From Pirellulales bacterium (GTDB lineage Bacteria; Planctomycetota; Planctomycetia; Pirellulales; JAICIG01): a DNA stretch of 52,440 nucleotides. The stretch covers positions 1 to 52,440 of the forward strand of contig JBBDYJ010000005.1 of the NCBI GenBank assembly GCA_040901675.1. The letters run 5' to 3'. The notes below the pieces were generated by a model. That model was not told the origin of the DNA. It ran no database searches and saw nothing but the letters and a program-made list of their open reading frames with translations. Every line of letters begins with the position of its first letter. Position 1 is the first letter of the stretch. The translations under genes and the position numbers were made by a program. Shown in pieces: positions 9,009 to 18,040 of the stretch.

Positions 9009-9437
9009 ATGAACGTCACCGCACAAGCAAATCCCTCAATCCTGCTCGACTGGACCAGGCTCCGCGAGTTGGTCCGCCTCTTGGCCGCGCTGCGCGAGAT
9101 CCGCGACCCGCTCGAAACACCCGAGGGATTGCGGCAGGCGATCGAAGTCGTGCTGCAAATTGCCGCCCTCTTGGGCCTCGACCCGAAACTCCTGGAGCGC
9201 CTCCGGGCCATCGCCGCCGAGGAGCGCACGTTCAACCTCGTCCTGGCCGCCATCCAGTTCCTGCTCGGGCTGATCGTCGTCGATGGCCAGACGGACGATG
9301 GACAATTGCGGCTCACCCCCAATGGCGCCCCGGTTGACCAGCCCTCCATCGAAGTCGATCTCCGTTCCTTCCTCGACTGGCTGCCGTTCGTCCTGCAGAT
9401 CATCGAGCTCATCCTGCGCCTCCGCGGCGAATCATAA
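9009..9437 (+). CDS. Hypothetical helical/amphipathic protein (142 aa)
   Basis: RBS AAAGGA and GC3-rich codons. The stop lies 8 nt before the S8 gene. The C-terminus is the hydrophobic amphipathic SFLDWLPFVLQIIELILRL. Confidence 0.75.
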   Translation: MNVTAQANPSILLDWTRLRELVRLLAALREIRDPLETPEGLRQAIEVVLQIAALLGLDPKLLERLRAIAAEERTFNLVLAAIQFLLGLIVVDGQTDDGQLRLTPNGAPVDQPSIEVDLRSFLDWLPFVLQIIELILRLRGES

Positions 9438-9445
9438 GCCCTGCC

Positions 9446-10567
9446 ATGTTGAATCAGGTATCCAGATTCGATGCAGCCCCGATTCCATCGGGGGACGAGA
9501 TCGTCTACCGCCTGCCCCCCTTCCGCCTCGAGGTGGTCTTCGCGGCCCTGGCCGAGACGATCGACTGGCACCTTTCGGCCTATGGCATCCCGGAGGCTTG
9601 GAAAACCACTCGCGGCCGCGGCATCCGCGTGGCCGTGCTCGATACGGGCATCGACGCCGCGCATCCGGACCTCCAAGCAACGGTCCTCGACGCGCGCGAC
9701 TTCACCGGCTCGGCAAGCGGATGCGCCGACCGGGTCGGGCACGGCACGCACGTGGCCGGCCTGGTCGCGGCGCGCCAGGACGACCGGGGCGTCGTGGGGA
9801 TTTGCCCGGGCCTCGCCGAGGAGGGCGGCGGATTGCTGATCGCCAAGGTATTGGCCGACGACGCTGGCGGGCTCGATTCCTGGATCGCCGCGGGAGTCGA
9901 CTGGGCCATCGAGCGCGGCGCCCACCTGGTCAGCATGAGCCTGGGCAGCCCGCAGCCCGGCACGAGCTTGTACCTGGCCATCCGCCGGGCCACGGCCGCC
10001 GGCCTCTTTGTGATCTGCGCCGCCGGCAACCATGGTCGCGACGACTCGGTCGATTACCCGGCCCGCTGGCCCGAGACGATCGCCGTGGCCGCCGTCGACC
10101 GGCACGGGCGGGCAGCGCCGTTCTCCAGCCGTGGGCCCCAAGTCGACGTCGCCGCCCCGGGACAGGACATCCTGTCGACGTATCCGGGCGGGCGCTACGC
10201 CAAGCTGAGCGGCACCAGCATGGCCACGCCGTTCGTAACCGGCGTGGTTGCGCTCATGCTGGCCAAGCATCGCCAGCTCGAAAGCCATACGCCGGTCAAG
10301 ACCATCGACCAGTTGCGCGAACACCTGGCCCGCACGGCCGACGATGCCGGCTCCCCCGGCAAGGATCCGGCCTACGGCTACGGGTTGATCAACCCTCGCT
10401 CGATGCTGGCCGCACCACCGGCCGGCGAGCTGCCGATCTGGACCGGCCTCCGTTGGAATGTCGAGATCGGCGGCACCCCGGCCGCTTTCGTGCTCGTGCC
10501 GCGAGATGCGCAGGTAGTGATCCATGGCGCGTTGGGCGGCATGGCACAGCGAACAGTGCTTATCTAG
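9446..10567 (+). CDS. S8 subtilisin-family serine protease, intracellular type
   Basis: Triad motifs VAVLDTG, HGTHVAG and SGTSMATP, with oxyanion AAGN. No signal peptide or I9 prodomain; the N-terminus carries YRLPPF. Confidence 0.93.
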   Translation: MLNQVSRFDAAPIPSGDEIVYRLPPFRLEVVFAALAETIDWHLSAYGIPEAWKTTRGRGIRVAVLDTGIDAAHPDLQATVLDARDFTGSASGCADRVGHGTHVAGLVAARQDDRGVVGICPGLAEEGGGLLIAKVLADDAGGLDSWIAAGVDWAIERGAHLVSMSLGSPQPGTSLYLAIRRATAAGLFVICAAGNHGRDDSVDYPARWPETIAVAAVDRHGRAAPFSSRGPQVDVAAPGQDILSTYPGGRYAKLSGTSMATPFVTGVVALMLAKHRQLESHTPVKTIDQLREHLARTADDAGSPGKDPAYGYGLINPRSMLAAPPAGELPIWTGLRWNVEIGGTPAAFVLVPRDAQVVIHGALGGMAQRTVLI

Positions 10568-10589
10568 GAACTCCAGGAGGCACCCGAAC

Positions 10590-10937
10590 ATGAAACCCAA
10601 AGACCAGGCCGTCGTTGTCAAGATCTCCCGCTCGGCGATTGCCGAAGCGGCGCTGACCCTGCTCGACTGGCTCCAGACGCTGGCCGTCCCGGCGCAGGCT
10701 GGTCCGCCCGAAAACGATGGACGGCGCCGCGAGACCGTCTACCACGACGACGGAAGCCGGACGGAACGGACCTTTGACGGACTCGACAGACTCGTTCGGC
10801 AGGTTGATTGGCCTGCACCTCGGGATGTTCACCAGCCGCCATGGGGCGTAAACGGTCCGTATTCAGACGGCTCCACACCGTTCACCACGCCGCCCGCCCC
10901 ACACGCCCCGCGGCAAGACCAGGCTGAAACAGACTGA
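10590..10937 (+). CDS. Hypothetical protein (115 aa) with a single YD/RHS-like repeat
   Basis: Strong RBS CAGGAGG and the segment RETVYHDDGSRTERTFDGLDRLVRQVD. Confidence 0.65.
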   Translation: MKPKDQAVVVKISRSAIAEAALTLLDWLQTLAVPAQAGPPENDGRRRETVYHDDGSRTERTFDGLDRLVRQVDWPAPRDVHQPPWGVNGPYSDGSTPFTTPPAPHAPRQDQAETD

Positions 10938-10951
10938 GGGAGTAACCGGCC

Positions 10952-13900
10952 ATGTTGCGCATCGCCCTGATCTACGACGACCGCACGCGCCCGGAGACGA
11001 CCGGTTCTTACTGCCGCCGCGCCTTGCAAGGTTTTTCTCAGGTCCAGTTCTTCCATCCCCAGAACGTCGAGCGGATTCCCACCAGCGGGTTCGACCTGTA
11101 TCTGCGGATCGACGACGGCTTGCGCTACCGCCTGCCCGACAGGCTGCATCCCGTCGCTTACTGGGCCATCGATACGCACGTGGATTTTGGCTGGTCGCTG
11201 GAGGTCTCGAAGTGTTGCGATTTCGTCTTTGCGGCCCAGCGCCCGGGCGCCCAGAGGCTGCGCGAGTCCGGCATCGAATCGGCCCGCTGGCTGCCTTTGG
11301 CCGCCGACCCCGAGATCCATCGTCAGCACGGCATCCCCAAGAAATACGATGTGTCGTTCGTCGGCAATCTTTTTCCGGGCCCGCGAACCGACCTGGTCCG
11401 GCTGCTCCAGCAGCATTTTCGGCACTCCTTTGTCGGCCGGGCCTATTTCGACGAAATGGCCCGCATCTACTCGGCATCCCACGTGGTATTCAACCGCAGC
11501 CTGGCCGACGACGTGAACATGCGGGTCTTCGAGGCCCTCTCATGCGGGTCGCTGCTGATGACCAACGCCTTGCCCGACGCCGGGCAGGCCGAACTGTTCC
11601 GCGACGGCGTTCACCTGGCCACTTACTCCGGCGGCGACGACCTGCTGGACAAGATGCGGTTCTATCTGGAGCGGCATGAGCTGCGCGCGCGGATCGCCCG
11701 CGCCGGGCGCGACGAGGTCCTGGCCCAACACACCTACAAGCACCGGATGGGCGAGCTGGTCCGATGGGTCGAACAAGAGCTGGCGGCCCGCGCGCACGTA
11801 TCTGTCCCGGCCGCAGCTCCGTCCGCTGCGGCGCCCGCCGCGCCCGGCGCGGCTGCCAGCCCGGCTGCAACTGACACTCCCGCCATCACTGCCACTGCCG
11901 CTGGGACCGCCACTGCCACGGCCGCTGCCCTTGCCATTGACAAAAACGGCCCACAGGATCCGTCGTATTTCGATTTCCCACGCCCTGACCTGCTGGCCCT
12001 CGTTCCCACCAGTGCCAGACGAGTCCTCGACGTGGGCTGCGGCGCCGGCCGCTTGGGCGAAGCGATCAAGGCGCGGCAGCAATCCCACGTGGTGGGGATC
12101 GAGCTGGACGAGTCGGCTGCCGCCCGAGCGCGGGATCGCTTGGACCAGGTTGTAGTGGCCGACATCGAGGCGCTGGAACAACTGGAACAGGAATTCGGCG
12201 ATCCATTCGACTGCATCGTCCTGGGCGACGTGCTGGAGCACCTGCGCGACCCGTCTGGACTGCTTGTCCGTCTGCGCGGCTGCCTCCAGCCCGGTGGTTG
12301 CCTCCTGGCCAGCGTCCCCAACGTCCGGCACCACACGGTCGTCCGTTCGCTCTTGGACGGCAACTGGACTTACGAGCCGGCCGGCCTGTTGGACCACACG
12401 CATCTGCACTTCTTCACCCGCCAAAGCGTCGAGCGGCTCTTTGCCCGCGCCGGCTATTCGATCAGCTCCCTTGGCGCGGCGCCGGCCCCGGGCGAGCCGT
12501 CGCCGCCCGACCTGCGCGCCGGATCGGTCCGCTTGGGACAACTGTCGCTCGAAGGGCTCGCGCCGCAGGACGCCCAGGAATTTTTCGTCTACCAATGGCT
12601 CGTTACGGCGGTGCCTGGGCCAACCATTGCCTCTGCGCCGGCATCGTGCGCCGGACAGGCGGCCTCGGGCATCGGTGAACCCGCCTTCACGGGGGAGGCG
12701 GCCGTTAACGCGGTCTCCGCCGGGTCGATAGTCATCGAAAACGGCCCGGCGGGACCGCCGGAGGAGGTTCAACCCGTTCCCCCCGCCCGATCCGGCCTGA
12801 ATGGGGACGAACTGCCCGCTTGCCTGCTCCTCTTCATCACCTTCAATCGCCTCGAATACACGAAGCTGGCGCTGGAGGCCGTGCTGGCCCTCGAGTACCC
12901 CGGCCGCCTTAACGTGGTCGTCTGGGACAACGCCTCGACCGACGGCACGGTCGATTATCTCGAACAACGGCTCCGCGCCCTCGGCCACATCCGGCTCATT
13001 GCCTCCGCCGAGAACCGCGGAGTCGTTTATCCGATGAACGCCGCCTGGTTCGCCGAGTCGCCCGACGGTCGGCGGCCGGACCTTTTGGCCAAGATCGACA
13101 ACGACACGCTCGTCCCACCCGAGCTTTTGAAGCGGCTGGCCGAGTGCCACATCCGAAGCGCCCGCCTGGGCGTTCTCTCCGGCTTCCACTTCCGCCGCGA
13201 GGGCGAAGCGTTGGCCGACGAGGGCCGCATTCAAACGCTCGACGGCGTCCGGCTATTGCTGCAGCCCTACGTGGGCGGCTGCGCCGTCATGGTCCGCCGC
13301 CAGGTGCTCGATCGGCTGGGCAAGATTCCCTGTGCAGCAGAAGCGCATCCCCGGCCTTTCATGGATTCCGGCTGGACGATCTACCAGCAGCGGATCGGCG
13401 AGTTGGGGTTGGTGAACGGCTACCCGTACCCGCTCATTCACGTCGACCACATGGAAGACACCCGCTCCGCGCACTGCATACGCTCGGCGGAGCATCAGCA
13501 GTACAAGCGTCAACAACGGGGGATGGACCTCGAAGAGTTCACCAACGAGCTCTGCGTCTGGCGGCCTGCCTGGCCCGAGTCTGCCGACGGATCCTCCTCC
13601 GACGCGTCCAACGGGCCGTCAGGCCGAAAGCCATCCCAGCAATCGCCCCTGGCAACCGCGCCTTGCGCGGTCAGGCGGATGCGGTTCAACCAGAACTTCC
13701 GCCACGATTTCCACGAGTTCGACTTTCGCGGCCCGCCGTTTGCATTCGCTCGTTTCGCGGACGGCGAGCGGGCTATCTGCACGCAGCAACCGGTGGACGG
13801 GCAGGACGGCTGGTCGTATCCCGGAGGCCCTTCGCCGCTGGCGCAAGACCTGCTGGCCGCCTTATCTTTCAGCGACCCGGACTACTACCTTGGCATCTCC

Positions 13901-14323
13901 GACGGCTGCTGCGATGCCGAGGCACGCGACTGGTACCTCCAGCGAATCAAGGTTCCTCTGGAGCAGGTCACCTTTTCAAACATTTTCGTCAACGGCAACT
14001 ACCGCCGCTTTCAAGCGCTCGACCTGTCGGGGATGGCCATTGTGGCCAGTGAAGGCGGGGACTATTCGGTGCCTTACAACCTGTTGGATGCGGCTTTTGA
14101 CCTCGACGAGCTCGTCGACCGGCTGACCCGCCTCGACCGGCCGATCCTCGTCTCGGCCGGTCCGCTCTCCTGCGTGATCATCCACAAGTACTGGATGCGG
14201 GCCGCGCGGCGGCGGGTGATCATCGACGTGGGCTCGGCCATCGACGAGCGGACCAAGCGCAAGAAGACCCGCATGTACCAGCACCCAGGCACCCGCACCG
14301 CCGAGCTCTCCTGCGTGTGGTAA
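10952..14323 (+). CDS. Multi-domain enzyme: CgeB/YkvP-like glycosyltransferase, class I SAM methyltransferase, GT2 and GT-D(DUF1792)-like domain (1123 aa)
   Basis: VNMRVFEALSCG..HTYKHRM (CgeB-like), an Ala-rich linker, VLDVGCGAG..DVLEHL (MTase), ITFNR..WDNASTDGT..KIDND (GT2) and FARFADGE..IDVGSAID (GT-D-like). Confidence 0.88.
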   Translation: MLRIALIYDDRTRPETTGSYCRRALQGFSQVQFFHPQNVERIPTSGFDLYLRIDDGLRYRLPDRLHPVAYWAIDTHVDFGWSLEVSKCCDFVFAAQRPGAQRLRESGIESARWLPLAADPEIHRQHGIPKKYDVSFVGNLFPGPRTDLVRLLQQHFRHSFVGRAYFDEMARIYSASHVVFNRSLADDVNMRVFEALSCGSLLMTNALPDAGQAELFRDGVHLATYSGGDDLLDKMRFYLERHELRARIARAGRDEVLAQHTYKHRMGELVRWVEQELAARAHVSVPAAAPSAAAPAAPGAAASPAATDTPAITATAAGTATATAAALAIDKNGPQDPSYFDFPRPDLLALVPTSARRVLDVGCGAGRLGEAIKARQQSHVVGIELDESAAARARDRLDQVVVADIEALEQLEQEFGDPFDCIVLGDVLEHLRDPSGLLVRLRGCLQPGGCLLASVPNVRHHTVVRSLLDGNWTYEPAGLLDHTHLHFFTRQSVERLFARAGYSISSLGAAPAPGEPSPPDLRAGSVRLGQLSLEGLAPQDAQEFFVYQWLVTAVPGPTIASAPASCAGQAASGIGEPAFTGEAAVNAVSAGSIVIENGPAGPPEEVQPVPPARSGLNGDELPACLLLFITFNRLEYTKLALEAVLALEYPGRLNVVVWDNASTDGTVDYLEQRLRALGHIRLIASAENRGVVYPMNAAWFAESPDGRRPDLLAKIDNDTLVPPELLKRLAECHIRSARLGVLSGFHFRREGEALADEGRIQTLDGVRLLLQPYVGGCAVMVRRQVLDRLGKIPCAAEAHPRPFMDSGWTIYQQRIGELGLVNGYPYPLIHVDHMEDTRSAHCIRSAEHQQYKRQQRGMDLEEFTNELCVWRPAWPESADGSSSDASNGPSGRKPSQQSPLATAPCAVRRMRFNQNFRHDFHEFDFRGPPFAFARFADGERAICTQQPVDGQDGWSYPGGPSPLAQDLLAALSFSDPDYYLGISDGCCDAEARDWYLQRIKVPLEQVTFSNIFVNGNYRRFQALDLSGMAIVASEGGDYSVPYNLLDAAFDLDELVDRLTRLDRPILVSAGPLSCVIIHKYWMRAARRRVIIDVGSAIDERTKRKKTRMYQHPGTRTAELSCVW

Positions 14324-14635
14324 TCTACAGCAACTCCTCGATCGAGCACCGGCTCGCAATGGCCGTGCTCGTACCGCCCGGCAAGATTCCAGCTTCTCCG
14401 CGATCTCCACGTCCTCCGCTGCCGGCCTCCGTTCCTCCTCGCATCGTCAACGTGGCGACTTCGCGCCTTGCCGTGAGGTCAAGAAAAACAATTTTGCCCA
14501 AATTTCTGCCTTCTCTCAGCCATCGCCTCTGCTATAACCGGAGCAAGCCAGCCCAGCCTCTCGTTTCTCGTCCTTGCTTCCTGGCAAGACGATCGAGAGC
14601 AGCAGCCGGTCCGCCGGAGCACGGTATGGACACAA

Positions 14636-14709
14636 GCACCAAGGCCTAAGATCCAAGCTACCAAGATCCAAGCTACAAGATCCAAGCACCAAGTACAAAG
14701 CGCCAAGCA
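14636..14709. repeat. Degenerate 7-nt-period tandem array (CCAAGAT/CCAAGCT/CCAAGCA)
   Basis: caccaaggcctaagatccaagctaccaagatccaagctacaagatccaagcaccaagtacaaagcgccaagca. Confidence 0.75.
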
Positions 14710-14742
14710 CGCCTCTCTTCCCCAAGTTCCGGATTGTTCAGA

Positions 14743-15321
14743 TTAAAGCGTCGAAAAGTGGTGAACAACTCAACTAGTTCCTGGTTCCTTCTGTCCCTTA
14801 AATCACCGAAAAACGGGAAACAACTCAAAACTCAGCCGAGCAACACAGCGAACTTACCGTCTTCTTTTCGTGCCTTTTCGTGGTTCTCGTGGCCATCCTC
14901 TTCGGTCAGTCCGTCGTCGTCTTTGGCCTTCGCGCGGCTCGACTGAGCTCGCCGAAGTCCTTTGCGTGAGCTCTTCGTCCGTCCGTCCAGTTCTTCCTGC
15001 TGACCACCGACCACGGTCCACTGTCCACTGCTCGGCCAGTTCTGACTTCTGTCCCTTAAATCACCGAAAATTGGGAAACAACTCAAAATCCAGTGCCCGC
15101 CCCCCGACACCCAAGCTCCAAGGCCCAAGACCAAAGACCCAAGAACAAAGTCCCAAGACTCACTTCTGACTTCTGTCCCTTAAATCACCGAAAAACGGGA
15201 AACAACTCAAAATCCAGTGCCGACACCCAAGCTCCAAGGCCCAAAACCCAAGACCAAAGTCCCAAGACCCACTTCTGACTTCTGACCACTAAATCACCGA
15301 AAATTGGGAAACAACTCAAAA
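14743..15321. repeat. AT-rich ~43-bp direct repeat, 4 copies plus one degenerate copy, interleaved with heptamer arrays
   Basis: CTTCTGTCCCTTAAATCACCGAAAA(AC/TT)GGGAAACAACTCAAAA occurs at 14788, 15046, 15170 and 15279 (the last slightly diverged). A degenerate copy lies at 14743-14773. Confidence 0.9.
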
Positions 15322-15533
15322 ATGCAGTGCCCGGTACCTCGTGGTTCCGCCTCCGGCGGACCTGTCCTCCAGAGGCGGACCTCGCAGGGCACAAACCCGC
15401 CACAGAGCGGGCAAGGCCGATGCGCGCCCGGCGAGTTAACTCACTCGCAAGGCGTCGAAGGAAAAGGAGAAAGGAGGACTAGGAAGACAGGAAGCTTCCT
15501 TCGTCGGCAACTGCCGGCTGACGGCCGGAGGGC

Positions 15534-15683
15534 CAGAACTCCGGCGAGCTCTGCTGCGAACAGACTGGAGGCTGGAGACTGGAGGAACCCCAGAACTCTG
15601 GCGAGTTCTGCTACGAACGTGGAACGCCAGAACTCGGGCGAGCTCTGCGACGGGAATGCTCCTGCTACGGGAGCTCTGCGACG
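15534..15683 (-). repeat. Cluster of GTAG-family REP-like palindromes
   Basis: CAGAACTC-N4-GAG(T/C)TCTG hairpins followed by CTAC-like tails at 15534-15558, 15591-15615 and 15628-15652, plus a partial copy. The - strand reads GTAG-CAGAACTC-GCCA-GAGTTCTG. Confidence 0.8.
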
Positions 15684-15692
15684 GGCGCGTCC

Positions 15693-16292
15693 TCAGAATT
15701 CCGTTTGCCGCTTTCCGCCTTCCTCCTTCCGCCGCCCGCCTTCATCCTTGCCCGCGGGGATCTCGAACATCGACTGGCTCTTCACGATGGCGTAGTCGTC
15801 GGGGAAGGTGTGAAAGGCCTGCACCAGCAGGTGCCGGTTGCGCGTCTCGACGTTGATGTAGCTCAACGCGCCCAGCGCCATCCGGCCGCTGGAGTTGAAG
15901 CGGTGCAGCATCCCCTGCCGCTCGCCGTCATGGTTCAGCTCCTGCTGGAACGTCCAGAATACCTCCGGCTCCACCGGCTCCAGCGAAAAGCTCACCTGGT
16001 ACCTGGCCCCGCCACGGCACTCCATCCGGTCGCTCCGCTCCCCCTTCAGACGATAGGAGAGCAAGCGCCGCTTCTGCGGCAAGGGGTGCTGGGCCGACGC
16101 GGCCACCTCCGTCAAGGTCAACCCGTGATAGCGCCAGGTCACCACGTGGCCGGCGCTGGTGATGTCGATCGTGGCTTCGTATTCGCCCCGCTTCACCGTC
16201 CGCGAGCAATAGACCTCGAACAGCTCCGGGTGGAGACTGCGGCCATACAACTGGAACACCAATTCGGCCACTTTCGGTCGTACGGACAACAC
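15693..16292 (-). CDS. DUF2617-like conserved protein
   Basis: (M)LSVRPKVAELVFQLYGRSLHPELF...VQAFHTFPDDYAIVKSQSMFE. A GTG start at 16292 is inferred because the longer ORF overlaps the next gene. Confidence 0.75.
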   Translation of the reverse strand: MLSVRPKVAELVFQLYGRSLHPELFEVYCSRTVKRGEYEATIDITSAGHVVTWRYHGLTLTEVAASAQHPLPQKRRLLSYRLKGERSDRMECRGGARYQVSFSLEPVEPEVFWTFQQELNHDGERQGMLHRFNSSGRMALGALSYINVETRNRHLLVQAFHTFPDDYAIVKSQSMFEIPAGKDEGGRRKEEGGKRQTEF

Positions 16293-16444
16293 GGCTGGAA
16301 ACCCTCGATCGGTAGCAAGCGTGACACCACGCCTCGCATTATAAGCTTGGCATTCTTGGCCGACAAAGGGAGTTTCCCCACGGAAAAAAGTGGCGGCCAA
16401 GATCGCGCTTTTCGCACTTGACAAACACCGAAACGTTGGCGCCG

Positions 16445-17335
16445 TCACCACGACCGCGGCAACAGCACGCCGACCAGGATGTCGTATGCGGCGTGGCTGC
16501 CGGCCGCGATCCCGAAACCACGCAGAAGGAACAAGACCGCGAAGAATCCGCCGGCCAGAAAGCGAAACACGAAGCTGCCGAGCTGCCAGTCGTCGCCCAG
16601 CGGACCCACGTAGTGCGCCGCCGCAAACGCCAGGCTCGTCAGCACGGCTCCGCCGATGAGGCTGGCCGCCGGCTTCAGGCCGGCCAGCCGCAGGGCGCCC
16701 GCTGCCGCCGGCAACAGCATCAAACGGAACAGCAGCTCCTCGTACACGCCGGCCCCGACAAACCCCACCAGCCGGGCGAACAACCCTCCGTCGGCCGCGC
16801 CGGCCGCGGCGGCAACCGGCGGCCCCGCATCCGCGGCCGCCTGCACTGCGAACAGAAACGCGCTTTGCAGCCGGCCCAACAACAGCACACAGACCGACAG
16901 AAAGGCGCACTCCAGCACCATCCCGCCCAACAGGCGGCCCGACAGCCGCCAGTGCCGCCGGGTGGCATAGTGCCAGGCCAACAGAATGGCCACGGTCAAC
17001 AAGGGGAGCACGACGTATTGCCCAAACCCGGCCAGATCGAGCAACTGCCGCAACCAGACATCGGCCCCGTTGCGGGCCGAATTTGGACCGAGCACCAGCA
17101 CGCCCACTTCGTAGAATATCAACAGCGGCCCGACGAGCGCCAGGCTCGCCAGCGGCCCTCGCGATTGCTCAAAGTACCCGGTTGGGCGCGAAGTGATCTC
17201 GGGCAATAGAGAGATGTCGGCATCCACGTCGCTGCGGTCCAGTGGCACATGGGGCGGGACAATGCGGGACGGCACACGGGCCTGGCACAGAGTTCGACCA
17301 CGGCCGGCAATTATCGTAAGCTTTGCCCCGCGCAC
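16445..17335 (-). CDS. CPBP (CAAX/Abi) family intramembrane glutamic metalloprotease
   Basis: EELLFR, FAAAHY and HAAYD motifs with multiple TM helices. The true start is probably downstream of 17335. Confidence 0.85.
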   Translation of the reverse strand: MRGAKLTIIAGRGRTLCQARVPSRIVPPHVPLDRSDVDADISLLPEITSRPTGYFEQSRGPLASLALVGPLLIFYEVGVLVLGPNSARNGADVWLRQLLDLAGFGQYVVLPLLTVAILLAWHYATRRHWRLSGRLLGGMVLECAFLSVCVLLLGRLQSAFLFAVQAAADAGPPVAAAAGAADGGLFARLVGFVGAGVYEELLFRLMLLPAAAGALRLAGLKPAASLIGGAVLTSLAFAAAHYVGPLGDDWQLGSFVFRFLAGGFFAVLFLLRGFGIAAGSHAAYDILVGVLLPRSW

Positions 17336-17371
17336 TTTCCAATCGGCGGTCCCGATGACCGGAACATTCTG

Positions 17372-18040
17372 ATGACCAGCTTACTTGGCCAGGCACACGA
17401 GCGTCTGCTGGAGCGATATGGCCGCCAGGAAGGCCGGCCGGCCTGGCCGCCGCTCGAATCCATGGTCGCCTCGGTGCTGCGGCCCGACAGCAGTTGGGCC
17501 AAGGCGACGGCGGCCCTGGAGAACCTGCGCGAAGCGGGCCTGTTAGACGCCCAAAACCTGCGAGACGCGCCGGTCGACGAGCTGGCCGACCTGATTCAAC
17601 CGGCCGGACACGCCCGGTTGAAGGCAAGCCGCTTGCACAACCTGATGGGCTTCTTGATCGAGCGGTACGGCGGTTCGCCCAAGGCGATGCTTGCCGCCGG
17701 CATCGAGACGCTCCGGGACGAGCTGCTGGCGATCAACGGCATCGGTCCGGAAACGACCGACTCGATCCTGCTCTATGCCGGCAACCAGCCGAAGTTCGTC
17801 GTCGACCTGCACGCTCATCGAGTCCTCAAGCGGCACGGTTGGGTCGAGTTCGAGGCCGACTATCACGCGGTGCAGGAGCACGTCGAAAGCAGCATGCCGC
17901 GCGAGGCGGCCTTGTTGAGCGAGCTGCGGTGGCTGTTCGGCCGGGTGGGGCGCGAACACTGCCGCAACGTCGCCTTGTGCAGTGGTTGTCCGCTGGCCGA
18001 CATGCTGCCGGCCGGGGGACCTTGCGAATTCGACAGCTAG
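17372..18040 (+). CDS. HhH-GPD DNA glycosylase (endonuclease III-related)
   Basis: HhH LLAINGIGPETTDSILLYA, VVD catalytic Asp and C-terminal HCRNVALCSGCPL Fe-S-like motif. Confidence 0.88.
   Translation: MTSLLGQAHERLLERYGRQEGRPAWPPLESMVASVLRPDSSWAKATAALENLREAGLLDAQNLRDAPVDELADLIQPAGHARLKASRLHNLMGFLIERYGGSPKAMLAAGIETLRDELLAINGIGPETTDSILLYAGNQPKFVVDLHAHRVLKRHGWVEFEADYHAVQEHVESSMPREAALLSELRWLFGRVGREHCRNVALCSGCPLADMLPAGGPCEFDS

Noticed and set aside
111..14323. Classical glycocin (sublancin-type) cluster
   Set aside because: No short double-glycine Cys-containing precursor, no peptidase-ABC exporter and no thiol-disulfide oxidoreductase are visible.
111..14323. Prophage
   Set aside because: No integrase, terminase, capsid, portal or tail genes were recognised inside the window. 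A phage-derived origin remains only a possibility.
14743..15321. CRISPR array
   Set aside because: Spacers are irregular in length, two are homologous low-complexity heptamer tracts rather than unique sequences, and there are no cas genes in the window.
15693..16910. 405-aa version of the DUF2617 ORF
   Set aside because: The N-terminal half overlaps the CPBP gene in another frame and is Arg/Gly-rich noise; the conserved-looking part starts at about 16292.
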